Source of the DNA: Gaiellaceae bacterium
GTDB lineage: Bacteria; Actinomycetota; Thermoleophilia; Gaiellales; Gaiellaceae
NCBI GenBank assembly: GCA_035641605.1
Contig: DASQTZ010000044.1
Location: 1-42,367 of the forward strand
DNA: 42,367 bases
Direction of reading: 5' to 3'
The notes below the pieces were generated by a model that saw only the letters and a list, made by a program, of their open reading frames with translations, did not search any database and was not told the DNA's origin. The position numbers and the translations under genes were made by a program. Below, one piece after another: positions 15,218 to 24,443 of the stretch. Numbering within the stretch: the first letter of the stretch is position 1; each line of letters opens with the position of its first letter.

Positions 15218-16396
15218 ATGAAGCGACGGAGGATCGGGCTCGTGCTCGCCGCGTTGCTCGTCGGGCTGCTGGCCGCATCGTGCGGCGGCGACGACGATGG
15301 TGGTGGGGCGGCCGAGCAGGAGATTACGATCGGCTGGACGCCGCCGGACATCACCGGCGTGTTCAAGACCGCAACGAATTTCTTCGAAAGGGCCGCGAAG
15401 GACGCGAACGCGGCCGGCTTCAACGTCAAGGTCGAGAGCCGCTCGCCGGCTACACACACGGCCTTCGCCGACCAGTTGGCGATCATCGAGGACTACATCT
15501 CCCGCGGAGTCGACGTGATCGCGATCTCCCCGGCAGACACCGAGGCGGTCAAGCCCGCGATTCGTAACGCGAACGAGGCGGGCATCCCCGTGATCATGGT
15601 CAACCTCCTCGAGCCGCAGGAAGACATCGAGGTCGCGAGCTACATCGGCTTCGACAACTCCGAGGCGGCATCGGTCTCGGCCTACAGCGTCCTCGACTAC
15701 TACGGTGGTCCGGGCGTTCTCGGCAGCGGCCCGAAGCTCGAGGCCGGGGCCGACCAGTTCCTCGATCTCGAGTGGTGGGAGAAGACGTACGCCGACGCCG
15801 ACAAGGCGACGCCGAAAGCGAACGGCGTAGTTATCGAAGGCATCGCGGGGACGTTCTTCTCACAGGAGCGCCTCGACGGCTTCAACGAGGTGATCACCAA
15901 CTACCCGGGGATCAAGATCCTGGGCAAGCCGATCGCGGCTGACTGGAACCGCGAGAAGGGGATCAAGGCGGCCGAGACCTTCTACTCCCGGTTCAACCCG
16001 TCCCAGCTGGATTTCGTCTGGGCAGCGTCGAACGAGATGGGACTGGGCGCGATGATCACGGCCGAGCGGAAGGGGATCCTCGATTCGACGGGCGGGAAAA
16101 CACCCGCGCCAGACAGCAAGGTGTCGATCTTCACCAACGACGTCACACCCGAGTCGACCGACCGCATCCGGCAGGGCAAGCTGATCGCGGAGACGCACCA
16201 CGGGTTCCCGGAGTGGGGCTGGTTCGGCACGGAGTACGCCGTCCGGCTCGCCTGCGGCCTCGACGTTCCGAAGACGAAGGACATCCGGCCCCGGACCGTC
16301 TGGCAGGGGAACGCCGAGCAGTTCTATCCGACTCCAAAGCTCCCGGAAATCGACTGGGAAGGCATCAAGTCTGACTGCAAGGGCGACGAGGATTAG
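15218..16396 (+). CDS. Sugar ABC transporter substrate-binding protein (PBP type I, ribose/polyol-like), probably a lipoprotein
   Basis: GGAGGTGGAGG RBS and MKRRRIGLVLAALLVGLLAASCGG signal/lipobox-like sequence. An alternative ATG lies at 15173. Confidence 0.85.
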   Translation: MKRRRIGLVLAALLVGLLAASCGGDDDGGGAAEQEITIGWTPPDITGVFKTATNFFERAAKDANAAGFNVKVESRSPATHTAFADQLAIIEDYISRGVDVIAISPADTEAVKPAIRNANEAGIPVIMVNLLEPQEDIEVASYIGFDNSEAASVSAYSVLDYYGGPGVLGSGPKLEAGADQFLDLEWWEKTYADADKATPKANGVVIEGIAGTFFSQERLDGFNEVITNYPGIKILGKPIAADWNREKGIKAAETFYSRFNPSQLDFVWAASNEMGLGAMITAERKGILDSTGGKTPAPDSKVSIFTNDVTPESTDRIRQGKLIAETHHGFPEWGWFGTEYAVRLACGLDVPKTKDIRPRTVWQGNAEQFYPTPKLPEIDWEGIKSDCKGDED

Positions 16397-16406
16397 CGAT
16401 CCACTA

Positions 16407-17885
16407 CTGCGCCTTGAAGGCGTCAGCAAGGCGTATCCGGGCGCGCAGGCCCTCGCCGGCGTCGACTTCGAAGTCAACGCCGGCGAGGTCCACGCCCTGC
16501 TCGGGGAGAACGGCGCGGGCAAGTCCACGCTGATGAAGGTGATCGCAGGCTCGGTGACCCCGGACACGGGGCAGATGACCGTCGGCGGTGTGGAAGTTCC
16601 GTTCGGCTCGCCCGAGGAGGCGCGTTCGCGGGGGATCGGGATCGTCTATCAGGAGCTGAGCCTGGTGCCGCAGCTCTCGATCGCCGAGAACGTCTTCCTC
16701 GGGCGCTGGCACGGTCCCCGCGGGCTCGTCGACTGGTCGGCGGTGAACGAGGCCGCCCGCGAGCCACTCCGGCGGATCGGGTTCGACGTCGATCCACGGC
16801 GCCACGTGCGCGACCTGGGCATGGCCGAGCGCCAGCTGGTCGAGATCGCGAAGGCGCTTTCCTCCGAGATTCGGATCCTCCTCCTCGACGAGCCGACGTC
16901 AGCGCTCTCGGACCGTGAGGCGCACCGGCTGTTCGAGATCATTCGCGACCTCACGCGCTCCGGTGTCGCCGTCGTCTACGTCTCCCACCGGCTGCCCGAA
17001 GTCCTCGGGATCGCCCGTCGCGTCACTGTCCTCCGTGACGGGGAGAAGATCGAGACGGTCTCGGCCGCGGAGGTGGACGAAGGAAAGCTGGCGCGAACGA
17101 TGGTCGGTCACGCGTTGGCGAGCGAGCTCGAACAGGCGGCCACGCCGGCCGAGACGGAAGAGCGACCGGTAATCCTGCGGACAGAAGGGCTCGCCCGCCC
17201 GCCGCGGTTGAAACCGGTTGACCTCGAGCTGCGACCCGGAGAGATCGTCGGCGTGTTCGGCCTCGTCGGGGCCGGACGGACAAGGCTCGCAAGGACGCTG
17301 TTCGGACTGGAGCCGGCAACGGAGGGGACGCTGGAGATCGACGGCCGCGAGCGCACGATCCGCTCGCCGGCGACGGCAATCGCCGCGGGGCTCGGGTATC
17401 TCGGCGAGGACCGCGCGATGGGGGTCGTCCCACGCCTTCCGGTCGCCGCCAACATCACCCTGGCCTCGTTGGGCCGCGTCTCCGTGGGCCCGGTGCTCAA
17501 CTTCGGCCGTGAGAACGGCGTCGCCGCGCGCTACGCGAAGGAGCTGGGGATCCGCACGACCATCGACCGCCTCGCCGGCACCCTGTCGGGCGGGAATCAG
17601 CAGAAGGCCGTCCTCGCCCGATGGCTGTGCTCCAACGCCAGAGTCTTGATTCTCGACGACCCGACACGCGGAATCGACGTGGGCGCCAAGGACGAGGTCT
17701 TCCGCCTCGTTCGGCGGCTCGCGGAGGAGGGAGTCGCCGTGCTCTACCTGACGTCGGAGATTCGCGAGGCTCGCTCTCTCGCCGGCCGAGTCCTCGTCAT
17801 GGCGGACGGCCGGATCGCTGCGTCGTTCGCTCCCGACGCGACGGAGGAGGAGATCATGACCGCAGCGGGAGGCGTCGTTGTCTGA
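16407..17885 (+). CDS. Sugar ABC transporter ATP-binding protein (two fused NBDs, RbsA-like)
   Basis: Both NBDs are recognisable. The first Walker A, GENGAGKST (16503-16529), lies upstream of the first canonical start (ATG 16533), so the real start must be non-canonical (CTG 16407 or ATT 16392). The start is uncertain. Confidence 0.8.
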   Translation: MRLEGVSKAYPGAQALAGVDFEVNAGEVHALLGENGAGKSTLMKVIAGSVTPDTGQMTVGGVEVPFGSPEEARSRGIGIVYQELSLVPQLSIAENVFLGRWHGPRGLVDWSAVNEAAREPLRRIGFDVDPRRHVRDLGMAERQLVEIAKALSSEIRILLLDEPTSALSDREAHRLFEIIRDLTRSGVAVVYVSHRLPEVLGIARRVTVLRDGEKIETVSAAEVDEGKLARTMVGHALASELEQAATPAETEERPVILRTEGLARPPRLKPVDLELRPGEIVGVFGLVGAGRTRLARTLFGLEPATEGTLEIDGRERTIRSPATAIAAGLGYLGEDRAMGVVPRLPVAANITLASLGRVSVGPVLNFGRENGVAARYAKELGIRTTIDRLAGTLSGGNQQKAVLARWLCSNARVLILDDPTRGIDVGAKDEVFRLVRRLAEEGVAVLYLTSEIREARSLAGRVLVMADGRIAASFAPDATEEEIMTAAGGVVV

Positions 17886-18921
17886 GGCCGAGACGGTTCA
17901 ACCGGGGGGAGGCGGCCTCTCGCGGGCGCGGACGCTCGTCGCCCGCCTCTTGACGACGGCAGGAGGACGAGGGGGCGCACTCATCATCCTGCTCGCGCTG
18001 GTCGTCGCCTTCTCCCTCGCTGCGGACAACTTCCTCACGGTCGACAACCTCCGCAACATCTTGCGCCAGTACTCGGTGCCCGCGATTCTCGCGGTCGGGC
18101 AGACGGTCGTGATCGTCTCCGCCGGGATCGACCTCTCGGTCGCCTCGACGGCGGCGCTCTCGGGGTCGGTGATGGGCGTGATGTACGCGCACGAGGGGTA
18201 TCCCGAACCGGTCGCACTGCTGATGGGCCTTGCCGCTGGTTTCGCGGTCGGCGCGATCAACGGGTTCGTGATCACCAAGTGGCGCGTGCCGGACTTCATC
18301 GCCACGCTCGGGGCTTTCACTGCCGTCAGGGGAGTCGCGCTGCTCGTGACGGACGGGTTGCCCGTGCCCGACTATACGAAGGCGCAGGAGGGTCGAACGG
18401 TGCCGGAGACCGTCACGACGCTCGGAGCGGACTCGGTGTTCGGAATCCCGCTCATCGCCGTCGTCGCCGGTGCTTGTGCCCTGATCGGCTGGTTCATCCT
18501 TTCGCGGACGACGTTGGGCCGGTCCGCGTACGCGATCGGCGGGAACCGAGAGGCCGCGCGCGTCTCTGGGATCCGGGTCGAGCGCGTGAAGTGGTCGATC
18601 TACATCTTCTCCGGCTTGATGGCGGCGATCGCCGGCTTCATGCTCACCGGCCGGCAGGGGAGCGCGAACGCGCTGATGGGTGAGGGGATGGAGCTGCAGT
18701 CGATCGCGGCGGTCGTCGTCGGCGGAACCAACCTCTTCGGCGGCGAGGGGACGATCGGCGGGACGATCATCGGCGTCTTGATCATTGGAGTCCTGAACAA
18801 CGGCCTCAACATCCTGGGGGTCGCGGACTTCTGGCAGAGAGTGGTGAACGGTTCGATCATCGTCGCCGTCGTGGCGCTGGACCAGTGGCGACGGCGGGCA
18901 GCCGCGGCGAGGGAGGCATGA
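17878..18921 (+). CDS. Sugar ABC transporter permease (RbsC/AraH family)
   Basis: Polytopic protein with the typical motif RTTLGRSAYAIGGNREAARVSGI. It overlaps both neighbouring genes. Confidence 0.9.
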   Translation: MSEAETVQPGGGGLSRARTLVARLLTTAGGRGGALIILLALVVAFSLAADNFLTVDNLRNILRQYSVPAILAVGQTVVIVSAGIDLSVASTAALSGSVMGVMYAHEGYPEPVALLMGLAAGFAVGAINGFVITKWRVPDFIATLGAFTAVRGVALLVTDGLPVPDYTKAQEGRTVPETVTTLGADSVFGIPLIAVVAGACALIGWFILSRTTLGRSAYAIGGNREAARVSGIRVERVKWSIYIFSGLMAAIAGFMLTGRQGSANALMGEGMELQSIAAVVVGGTNLFGGEGTIGGTIIGVLIIGVLNNGLNILGVADFWQRVVNGSIIVAVVALDQWRRRAAAAREA

Positions 18922-19949
18922 GCGCGCCGCTCGGGGTCGCCGTCGTGGGGACGGGACGCGCCGGGATGGTGCACGCCCGGAACTTCGCGTTCGGCGTCGT
19001 CGGGGCGCAACTGGTTGCGCTGGCCGACCCGAGCGAGGCGGCGTTGGCAGCTGCCGCTGTGGAAACGGGTTGCGAGAGGACCTACGCCGACCCGCGCGAC
19101 GCGATCGCCGACGGCGCCGTGGAGGCGGTCGTGATCGCTTCGCCGACGTTCACGCACGCCGAGCTCACGGTCGCGGCGCTGGCCGCCGGAAAGCACGTCC
19201 TCTGCGAGAAGCCGCTCGCGTCGACCCTTGACGAGGCGGTGACGATCGCAGGTGCCGCCGCGGCGTCCGACGCCGTGTTCCTCATGGCGTTCATGCGCCG
19301 CTTCGACGCGACGTGGAGCTCCGTCGCGGAGCGCGTCACGGCCGGCGAGATCGGAGAGCCGCTATTCGTGCGGTCGACCGGACGTGGCCCCGGTCTACCG
19401 CCCGAGTGGGCTCTCGACCCCAGCAGGTCCGGCGGACTGATCGCGGAGGTGAACTCGCACGACATCGACAGCATCCGCTGGTTTTCCGGCCAGGAGTTCA
19501 ACGGCGTTTACGCCGTCGGACGGGCGGCCAAGCGACCCGACCTCGCCGAGCGCTACGCGGGCTTCGTCGACCTCGTCCTGGCGACCTTCGAGCTCTCGGG
19601 CGGCGCCCTCGGAGAGGTCGATGGAGCGTGTCCGGCCGACTACGGGTACGACGCCCGAGTCGAGATCTACGGCAGCGAGGGCGTCGCTTTCGCGGGCGAT
19701 CCTCGGCGTGGATCCGCGCTCCTCATCCGCCGCGGGGAGGCGGTCGCCGAGCCGGTCCGTGGCTGGCGCGACCTCTTCGCCGCCGCCTACCGCGCCGAGG
19801 ATGCCCACCTCGTCGCCGTCGCGCGAGGGGAGGACGAGCCGCGGACGAGCGTCGACGACGGCGTTCGCGCCCTCGAGGCTGTGTTCGCGGTCAACCGGTC
19901 GCTTGCGGAGGGCGCGCCGGTCACCCTCGCACGCGTCGCGGCCGCATGA
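18918..19949 (+). CDS. Gfo/Idh/MocA-family oxidoreductase (inositol 2-dehydrogenase-like)
   Basis: GGGAGG RBS. N-terminal Rossmann motif LGVAVVGTGRAGMVHA, and EKPLA. Confidence 0.9.
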   Translation: MSAPLGVAVVGTGRAGMVHARNFAFGVVGAQLVALADPSEAALAAAAVETGCERTYADPRDAIADGAVEAVVIASPTFTHAELTVAALAAGKHVLCEKPLASTLDEAVTIAGAAAASDAVFLMAFMRRFDATWSSVAERVTAGEIGEPLFVRSTGRGPGLPPEWALDPSRSGGLIAEVNSHDIDSIRWFSGQEFNGVYAVGRAAKRPDLAERYAGFVDLVLATFELSGGALGEVDGACPADYGYDARVEIYGSEGVAFAGDPRRGSALLIRRGEAVAEPVRGWRDLFAAAYRAEDAHLVAVARGEDEPRTSVDDGVRALEAVFAVNRSLAEGAPVTLARVAAA

Positions 19950-20911
19950 GAGCCGTCCGCGTCGGGACGGCCGCAGGGGCCGAGCTCATCGAGACCGACC
20001 GGCCGTCGCCGGAGGAGGGCGAGGCACTGGTGCGCGTCCAGGCTGCGGCGATCTGCGCGACGGATCGCAAGCTTGCCGCGCGCGGCGCTCGAGCACCGGT
20101 CATCCTTGGCCATGAGCTCGCCGGGCGGCTGGAGGACGGGCGGGTCGTCGGCGTTCACCCCGACGTCGGGTGCGGGACCTGCCGTTTCTGCCGCGCGGGC
20201 TTCGAGAACCGCTGCGCCGACCGCGTTTCGATCGGCATCGACCGGGACGGCGGCCTCGCGGAGTGGGTGGCCGTGCCGGAACGGCAAGCGCTTCCGCTCG
20301 ACGGCGTTCCGCTGGAGGTCTCGCCGGTGCTCGAACCGCTCGCCTGCTGCCTGCACGCCGTCCGACTCCTCGACGTTCGGCCGGACGATCCCGCGCTCGT
20401 CGTCGGCGCCGGTGCGATGGGGATCCTCTCGATGTGGGCGCTCCAGCAAGCCGGCGCCCGGGTCGCGGTCTCCCAGCGCTCGCAGGAGCGGCGGGAGCTG
20501 GCCGCGGAGCTCGGCGCCGACTCGGTTCTCGGCCCGGACGAGAGCGCTGAAGTCGCTCTGGGTGAACCGCCGAGGGTCGCGATCGTGACGGCTCCTGGAG
20601 CGGAGCCTCTTGTCTGGGCGCTGGAAGCCGTAGCGACGGGCGGAGCCGTCCATGCCTTCGCCGGGACGCCGAGCGGCGCGCGCGTGGACGCGAACGTCGT
20701 CCACTACCGGCACCTCAGGCTCATGGGGAGCACGGGCTCGGCCCTGTCCGACTATAAGCGGGCGGTCGAGCTCGTCGCGGGCGGCCGCATCCAGCTCGAT
20801 CGCCTGCCGAGGACGACCGTCTCTCTCGACGAGGTGCCGAAGATCTTGCTCGGTGAGCGGACCGCGCCGGGCCTCAAGGTCACCGTCGACGTAGGAGGGG
20901 CGAGCGGGTGA
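19946..20911 (+). CDS. Zinc-dependent medium-chain alcohol/polyol dehydrogenase
   Basis: ICATDRKL..GHELAG zinc site, structural zinc Cys cluster GCGTCRFCRAGFENRC, and GAGAMG Rossmann motif. ATGA overlap with the upstream gene. Confidence 0.9.
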   Translation: MRAVRVGTAAGAELIETDRPSPEEGEALVRVQAAAICATDRKLAARGARAPVILGHELAGRLEDGRVVGVHPDVGCGTCRFCRAGFENRCADRVSIGIDRDGGLAEWVAVPERQALPLDGVPLEVSPVLEPLACCLHAVRLLDVRPDDPALVVGAGAMGILSMWALQQAGARVAVSQRSQERRELAAELGADSVLGPDESAEVALGEPPRVAIVTAPGAEPLVWALEAVATGGAVHAFAGTPSGARVDANVVHYRHLRLMGSTGSALSDYKRAVELVAGGRIQLDRLPRTTVSLDEVPKILLGERTAPGLKVTVDVGGASG

Positions 20912-21471
20912 CGAACGTGGAGCCGTTCACGACGCTGCTGGATCTGACGTCCGGCCGCCTCGACCCGGAGCTCGACATCACCGAACGGCGCCTATCAGAC
21001 ATGGTGGGCATGTACCTCGAAGGCTCCGAGCTGGAGGGCGATCCGTTGATCTACCGCGTCTACGGCATCCCGGTCCCGCCGACGACGGGAAACGTCCTCA
21101 GCTCGACGACGGTGATCGAGCCCGGCACGATCGGACGCGAGTACTTCATGACGAAAGGGCACTTCCACGAGGTCCGCGACCGCGCGGAGATCTACGTCGG
21201 GCTCGCAGGGGAGGGCCGCCTGCTGATGGCTACCGCGGATGGGGAACACGTGGTCGAGTCCATGCGCCGTGGGACGGTCAACTACGTCCCGGGAGACTGG
21301 GCGCACCGCAGTATCAATGTCGGCGACGAGCCGCTCGTGTTCTTCGCCGCGTACGTCGGAGACGCTGGGCACGACTACGCGACGATCGAGGAGGAGGGCT
21401 TTCCGGTCCTGCTCGTGAAGGGCGACGAAGGCCCGGAGGTCGTCGCGAATCCTCGCTATCCCCGGGGCTGA
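20908..21471 (+). CDS. Cupin-type glucose-6-phosphate isomerase family protein (archaeal-type cPGI, PF06560-like)
   Basis: YFMTKGHFHEVRDRAEIY...VPGDWAHRSINVGDEPLVFFAAYVGDAGHDYATIEEEGF closely resembles, from memory, the Pyrococcus-type cupin PGI core (TKGHYH...WAHRTVNTG...AGHDY). Confidence 0.8.
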   Translation: MTNVEPFTTLLDLTSGRLDPELDITERRLSDMVGMYLEGSELEGDPLIYRVYGIPVPPTTGNVLSSTTVIEPGTIGREYFMTKGHFHEVRDRAEIYVGLAGEGRLLMATADGEHVVESMRRGTVNYVPGDWAHRSINVGDEPLVFFAAYVGDAGHDYATIEEEGFPVLLVKGDEGPEVVANPRYPRG

Positions 21472-22976
21472 TGCCGGTCTTCGTCGGCTGCGACCTCGGC
21501 ACGATGGGGACGAAGGCCGCCGTCGTAGACGAGGAAGGCCAGATCGTCGGTGACCACTTCGAGGAGGTGCAGCTTCGCTCGCCTGCACCGGGTCACGTGG
21601 AGCAGGACCTCGATGAGATCGAGGCCTCGGCTCATCGGGCGATCCGCGCGGCGCTTGACCGCTCGGGGCGCGCCGCCGAGGTCGCCGGTGTCGCGTTCTC
21701 GGGACAGATGTCGGGGATCGGGTCGATCGACGATCGCTTCGAGCCGGCAGCGCATTTCGACTCCTGGCTCGACACGCGCTGCGAGCCGCAGATCGTCCGG
21801 ATGCAGGAGGCGAGCGATCTCGTCACGCGGCTCTCGGGCTGCCCGCCAACGTACTCGCACGGGCCGAAGATCCTCTGGTGGCGGGACGAGCGGCCCGAGG
21901 ACTTCGCGCGCATCGCGCGGTTCGTCGTTCCCGGCGCCTACGTGGCGGCGCGCCTGGGCGGTCTGAGGCTCGACGACGCCTTCGTCGACCGCACGTACAT
22001 CCACTTCTCGAACCTCTCCGACACGGCGGCCTCCAGCTGGTCGCCGGAGCTCCTCGACGCGTTCGGCGTCGACGACTCGAAGCTGCCGCGGATCGTCGGT
22101 CCGCTGGACATCGTCGCTGAGGTGACCGCCGAGGTAGCGGACCGGACAGGCCTGCCGGCGGGGACGCCCGTGGCCGCCGGCGCCGGCGATCAGGCCGCGG
22201 CGTCACTGGGCGCCGCGGTCGTCAATCCCGGCCAGGCCTTCGACTCAGCCGGGACCGCGAGCGTCTTCGCGATGTGCGTTGGAAGCTTCTCGCCGGATCT
22301 CAGGCAGAAGACGCTGCTGGCCTCCCACTCGGCCGTCGACGGTGTCTTCATCGCGCTCGCGTTCATCAACGGGGGCGGTCTGGCGCTCCGCTGGTTCCGC
22401 GACCAGCTGGCTCCCGAACTGGCTAGCGCGCCCGATGCGTACGCGTTGCTGGACGGCTGGGCGGTAGCGATCGAGCCGGGTGCCGGGGGCTTGCTGTGGT
22501 ATCCGCACGTGCAAGGAGGCGTACTGCCGCCCAATCCACATGCTCGCGGCGCCTGGGTCGGGCTAACCTCGGCCCACACGCGCGGCCATCTCTTCCGCGC
22601 CGTTCTCGAAGGAATCGCGTTCGAGTACGCGCACTGGGCCGCGCTGGCGCCCGTCGAGCTGGGAGAAGCGCGGGCGCTCGGCGGCGGTGCCGGATCGGAG
22701 CTGTGGAACCAGATCAAGGCGGACGTGCTCGGGATCGACTGGGTCCCGATGGTGCGGCAGGAGTGCGGCGTCCTCGGCGACGCCCTGATCGCGGCCGCCG
22801 CCACCGGCCACGTGAAGGACCTGGCCGCGACGGCAACGCAATGGCAGGAGACCTCCGAGCCGGTTCGCCCCGATCCGGAGCGGCAGCGCACCTACGCGCG
22901 GCTTGCCGAGGCGTACCGGCGCCTCGGCGAGCAGCTCCACCCGGTGTTCGAGCAGCTCGGGAGCAGGCCTGGGTGA
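21471..22976 (+). CDS. FGGY-family carbohydrate kinase (xylulokinase/polyol kinase-like)
   Basis: N-terminal VGCDLGTMGTKA, GAGDQAA, and C-terminal GGGAGSELWNQIKADVLG. Confidence 0.9.
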   Translation: MPVFVGCDLGTMGTKAAVVDEEGQIVGDHFEEVQLRSPAPGHVEQDLDEIEASAHRAIRAALDRSGRAAEVAGVAFSGQMSGIGSIDDRFEPAAHFDSWLDTRCEPQIVRMQEASDLVTRLSGCPPTYSHGPKILWWRDERPEDFARIARFVVPGAYVAARLGGLRLDDAFVDRTYIHFSNLSDTAASSWSPELLDAFGVDDSKLPRIVGPLDIVAEVTAEVADRTGLPAGTPVAAGAGDQAAASLGAAVVNPGQAFDSAGTASVFAMCVGSFSPDLRQKTLLASHSAVDGVFIALAFINGGGLALRWFRDQLAPELASAPDAYALLDGWAVAIEPGAGGLLWYPHVQGGVLPPNPHARGAWVGLTSAHTRGHLFRAVLEGIAFEYAHWAALAPVELGEARALGGGAGSELWNQIKADVLGIDWVPMVRQECGVLGDALIAAAATGHVKDLAATATQWQETSEPVRPDPERQRTYARLAEAYRRLGEQLHPVFEQLGSRPG

Positions 22977-23872
22977 CAAGGGTCGCCGTCACGCCGCGCT
23001 CGTTGCGTCAGACGCCCGGAGCGCATCTCGACCGGCTCCACGCCGAGGTGGACGTCCGTTTCCCCGACCTGGACCGCCCGCTCGACGAGGACGAGATGGT
23101 GGAGCTCGTACGTGACTGCGCCGGTCTGATCGTCGGCGTCGATCCCGTGACGCCCCGCGTCCTCGAGGCCGGGCCGCTGCGCGTCGTCGTCAAGTACGGC
23201 AGCGGCATGGACAACATCGATGTCGAGGCAGCCCGGTCGCTGGGGGTGCAGGTCAGCTCGACGCCGGGGACGAATGCTCGCTCGGTCGCCGAGCTCGCGA
23301 TTGCCCTGCTGCTGACGCTCGCGCGCAACGTGGCGCTGCACGACCGCGGCGTCCGCGCTGGGTCGTGGCGCCGGTTCACGGGTGTCGAGCTCGCAGGGAA
23401 GCAGCTGGGCATCGTGGGGTATGGCGCGATCGGCCGGGAGGTGGCTCGGATCGCCCGGGGCCTCGACATGAACGTGGTCGCGCACGATCCGCTCGTCGAG
23501 GAGGCCGACGTTGACCTCGTGCCACTCGACGAGCTTTACGCCGCGAGCGACGTGGTCTCGCTCCACCTTCCCCTGACCGACGAAACGCGAGGCCTTGTCG
23601 GCGCCCGCGAGCTCGCGGTGATGAAGCCGACCGCCTTCTTGATCAACACGGCGCGGGGCGGACTCGTCGACGAGTCCGCGCTCGCCGACGCGCTTCGCTC
23701 GGGTCGTCTCGCGGGCGCGGCTCTCGACGGCTTCGAGGTGGAGCCGCTCGGCGACTCGCCGCTGCGGCAACTCGAGAACGTCGTGTTCAGCCCCCACGCC
23801 GGCGCGTCCACCTACGACGCCGTCCTGCGCACCGCCGCCCAGGCCGTGGACCAGCTGCTCGCCGACCTGTGA
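22973..23872 (+). CDS. D-isomer-specific 2-hydroxyacid dehydrogenase (PGDH-like)
   Basis: GIVGYGAIGREVA NAD motif, with LINTARGGLVDE and SPHAG catalytic regions. GTGA overlap with the kinase gene. Confidence 0.9.
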   Translation: MTRVAVTPRSLRQTPGAHLDRLHAEVDVRFPDLDRPLDEDEMVELVRDCAGLIVGVDPVTPRVLEAGPLRVVVKYGSGMDNIDVEAARSLGVQVSSTPGTNARSVAELAIALLLTLARNVALHDRGVRAGSWRRFTGVELAGKQLGIVGYGAIGREVARIARGLDMNVVAHDPLVEEADVDLVPLDELYAASDVVSLHLPLTDETRGLVGARELAVMKPTAFLINTARGGLVDESALADALRSGRLAGAALDGFEVEPLGDSPLRQLENVVFSPHAGASTYDAVLRTAAQAVDQLLADL

Positions 23873-24443
23873 ACCCGCTCGGAATCCACGCGCCGGAGGT
23901 CGACGCAGCGATGACCCGTCGAGTGCTCGGGCGGCCTCCGACCGAGCGCGGACGGCTCGTCGCGGCCCTCCGCCGGCTCGCCGAGCGTGCCCAGCGCGGC
24001 GGCGTGACGATCGGCGTGGAGGCGTGAACCGTTACGAGAGCAACCTCGTCAACACTGCCGAGCAGGCGCTCGCGCTCGTCGACGAGGTTGGCGCTCCCAC
24101 CTCGTCGTCCATCTCGACGCCCTACCACATGAACATCGAGGAGACCAACCTCGCCGATCCCGTTCGACAGTGCGGCGATCGGCTCGGCTACGTCCACATC
24201 GGCGACAGCCACCGCGGCTATCTCGGCACCGGAACAGTCGCCTTCGACGAGCTCTTCCGTGCGCTCGCCGAGATCGGCTATCGCGGCCCGCTGACGCTCG
24301 AGAGCTTCTCGACCGCCGTCATCTCCGAGCGCTTCGCGACGGCGCTCGCCGTGTGGTGCGACCCGTGGGAGGACGGGCGTGACCTCGCAGGGCACGCGCG
24401 GCGGTTCATCGTCGATCAGCTGAGCGCGGCGACAAAGGCGTGA
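23869..24443 (+). pseudogene. Truncated and frameshifted sugar-phosphate isomerase/epimerase (D-tagatose/psicose 3-epimerase-like TIM barrel)
   Basis: The C-terminal half (24024-24443) is intact: NRYESNLVNTAEQA...YHMNIEE...HIGDSHRGYLGTG...GYRGPLTLESF. An upstream 52-codon piece ends ...RGGVTIGVEA, then TGA, in another frame. GGCGTGGAGGCGTGAACCG looks like the loss of one G from GVEA-VNRYE. Roughly the N-terminal third of a normal family member is absent. Confidence 0.55.

Noticed and set aside
14289-23872. Long N-terminal extensions in the ORF track (14289-15170, 14723-16396, 18885-19949, 19313-20911 and 22496-23872)
   Set aside because: The extensions overlap the preceding genes in other frames and are Arg/Pro/Gly-rich. 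In each case a start with an RBS, or a 1-4-nt stop/start overlap, coincides with the beginning of the recognisable domain.
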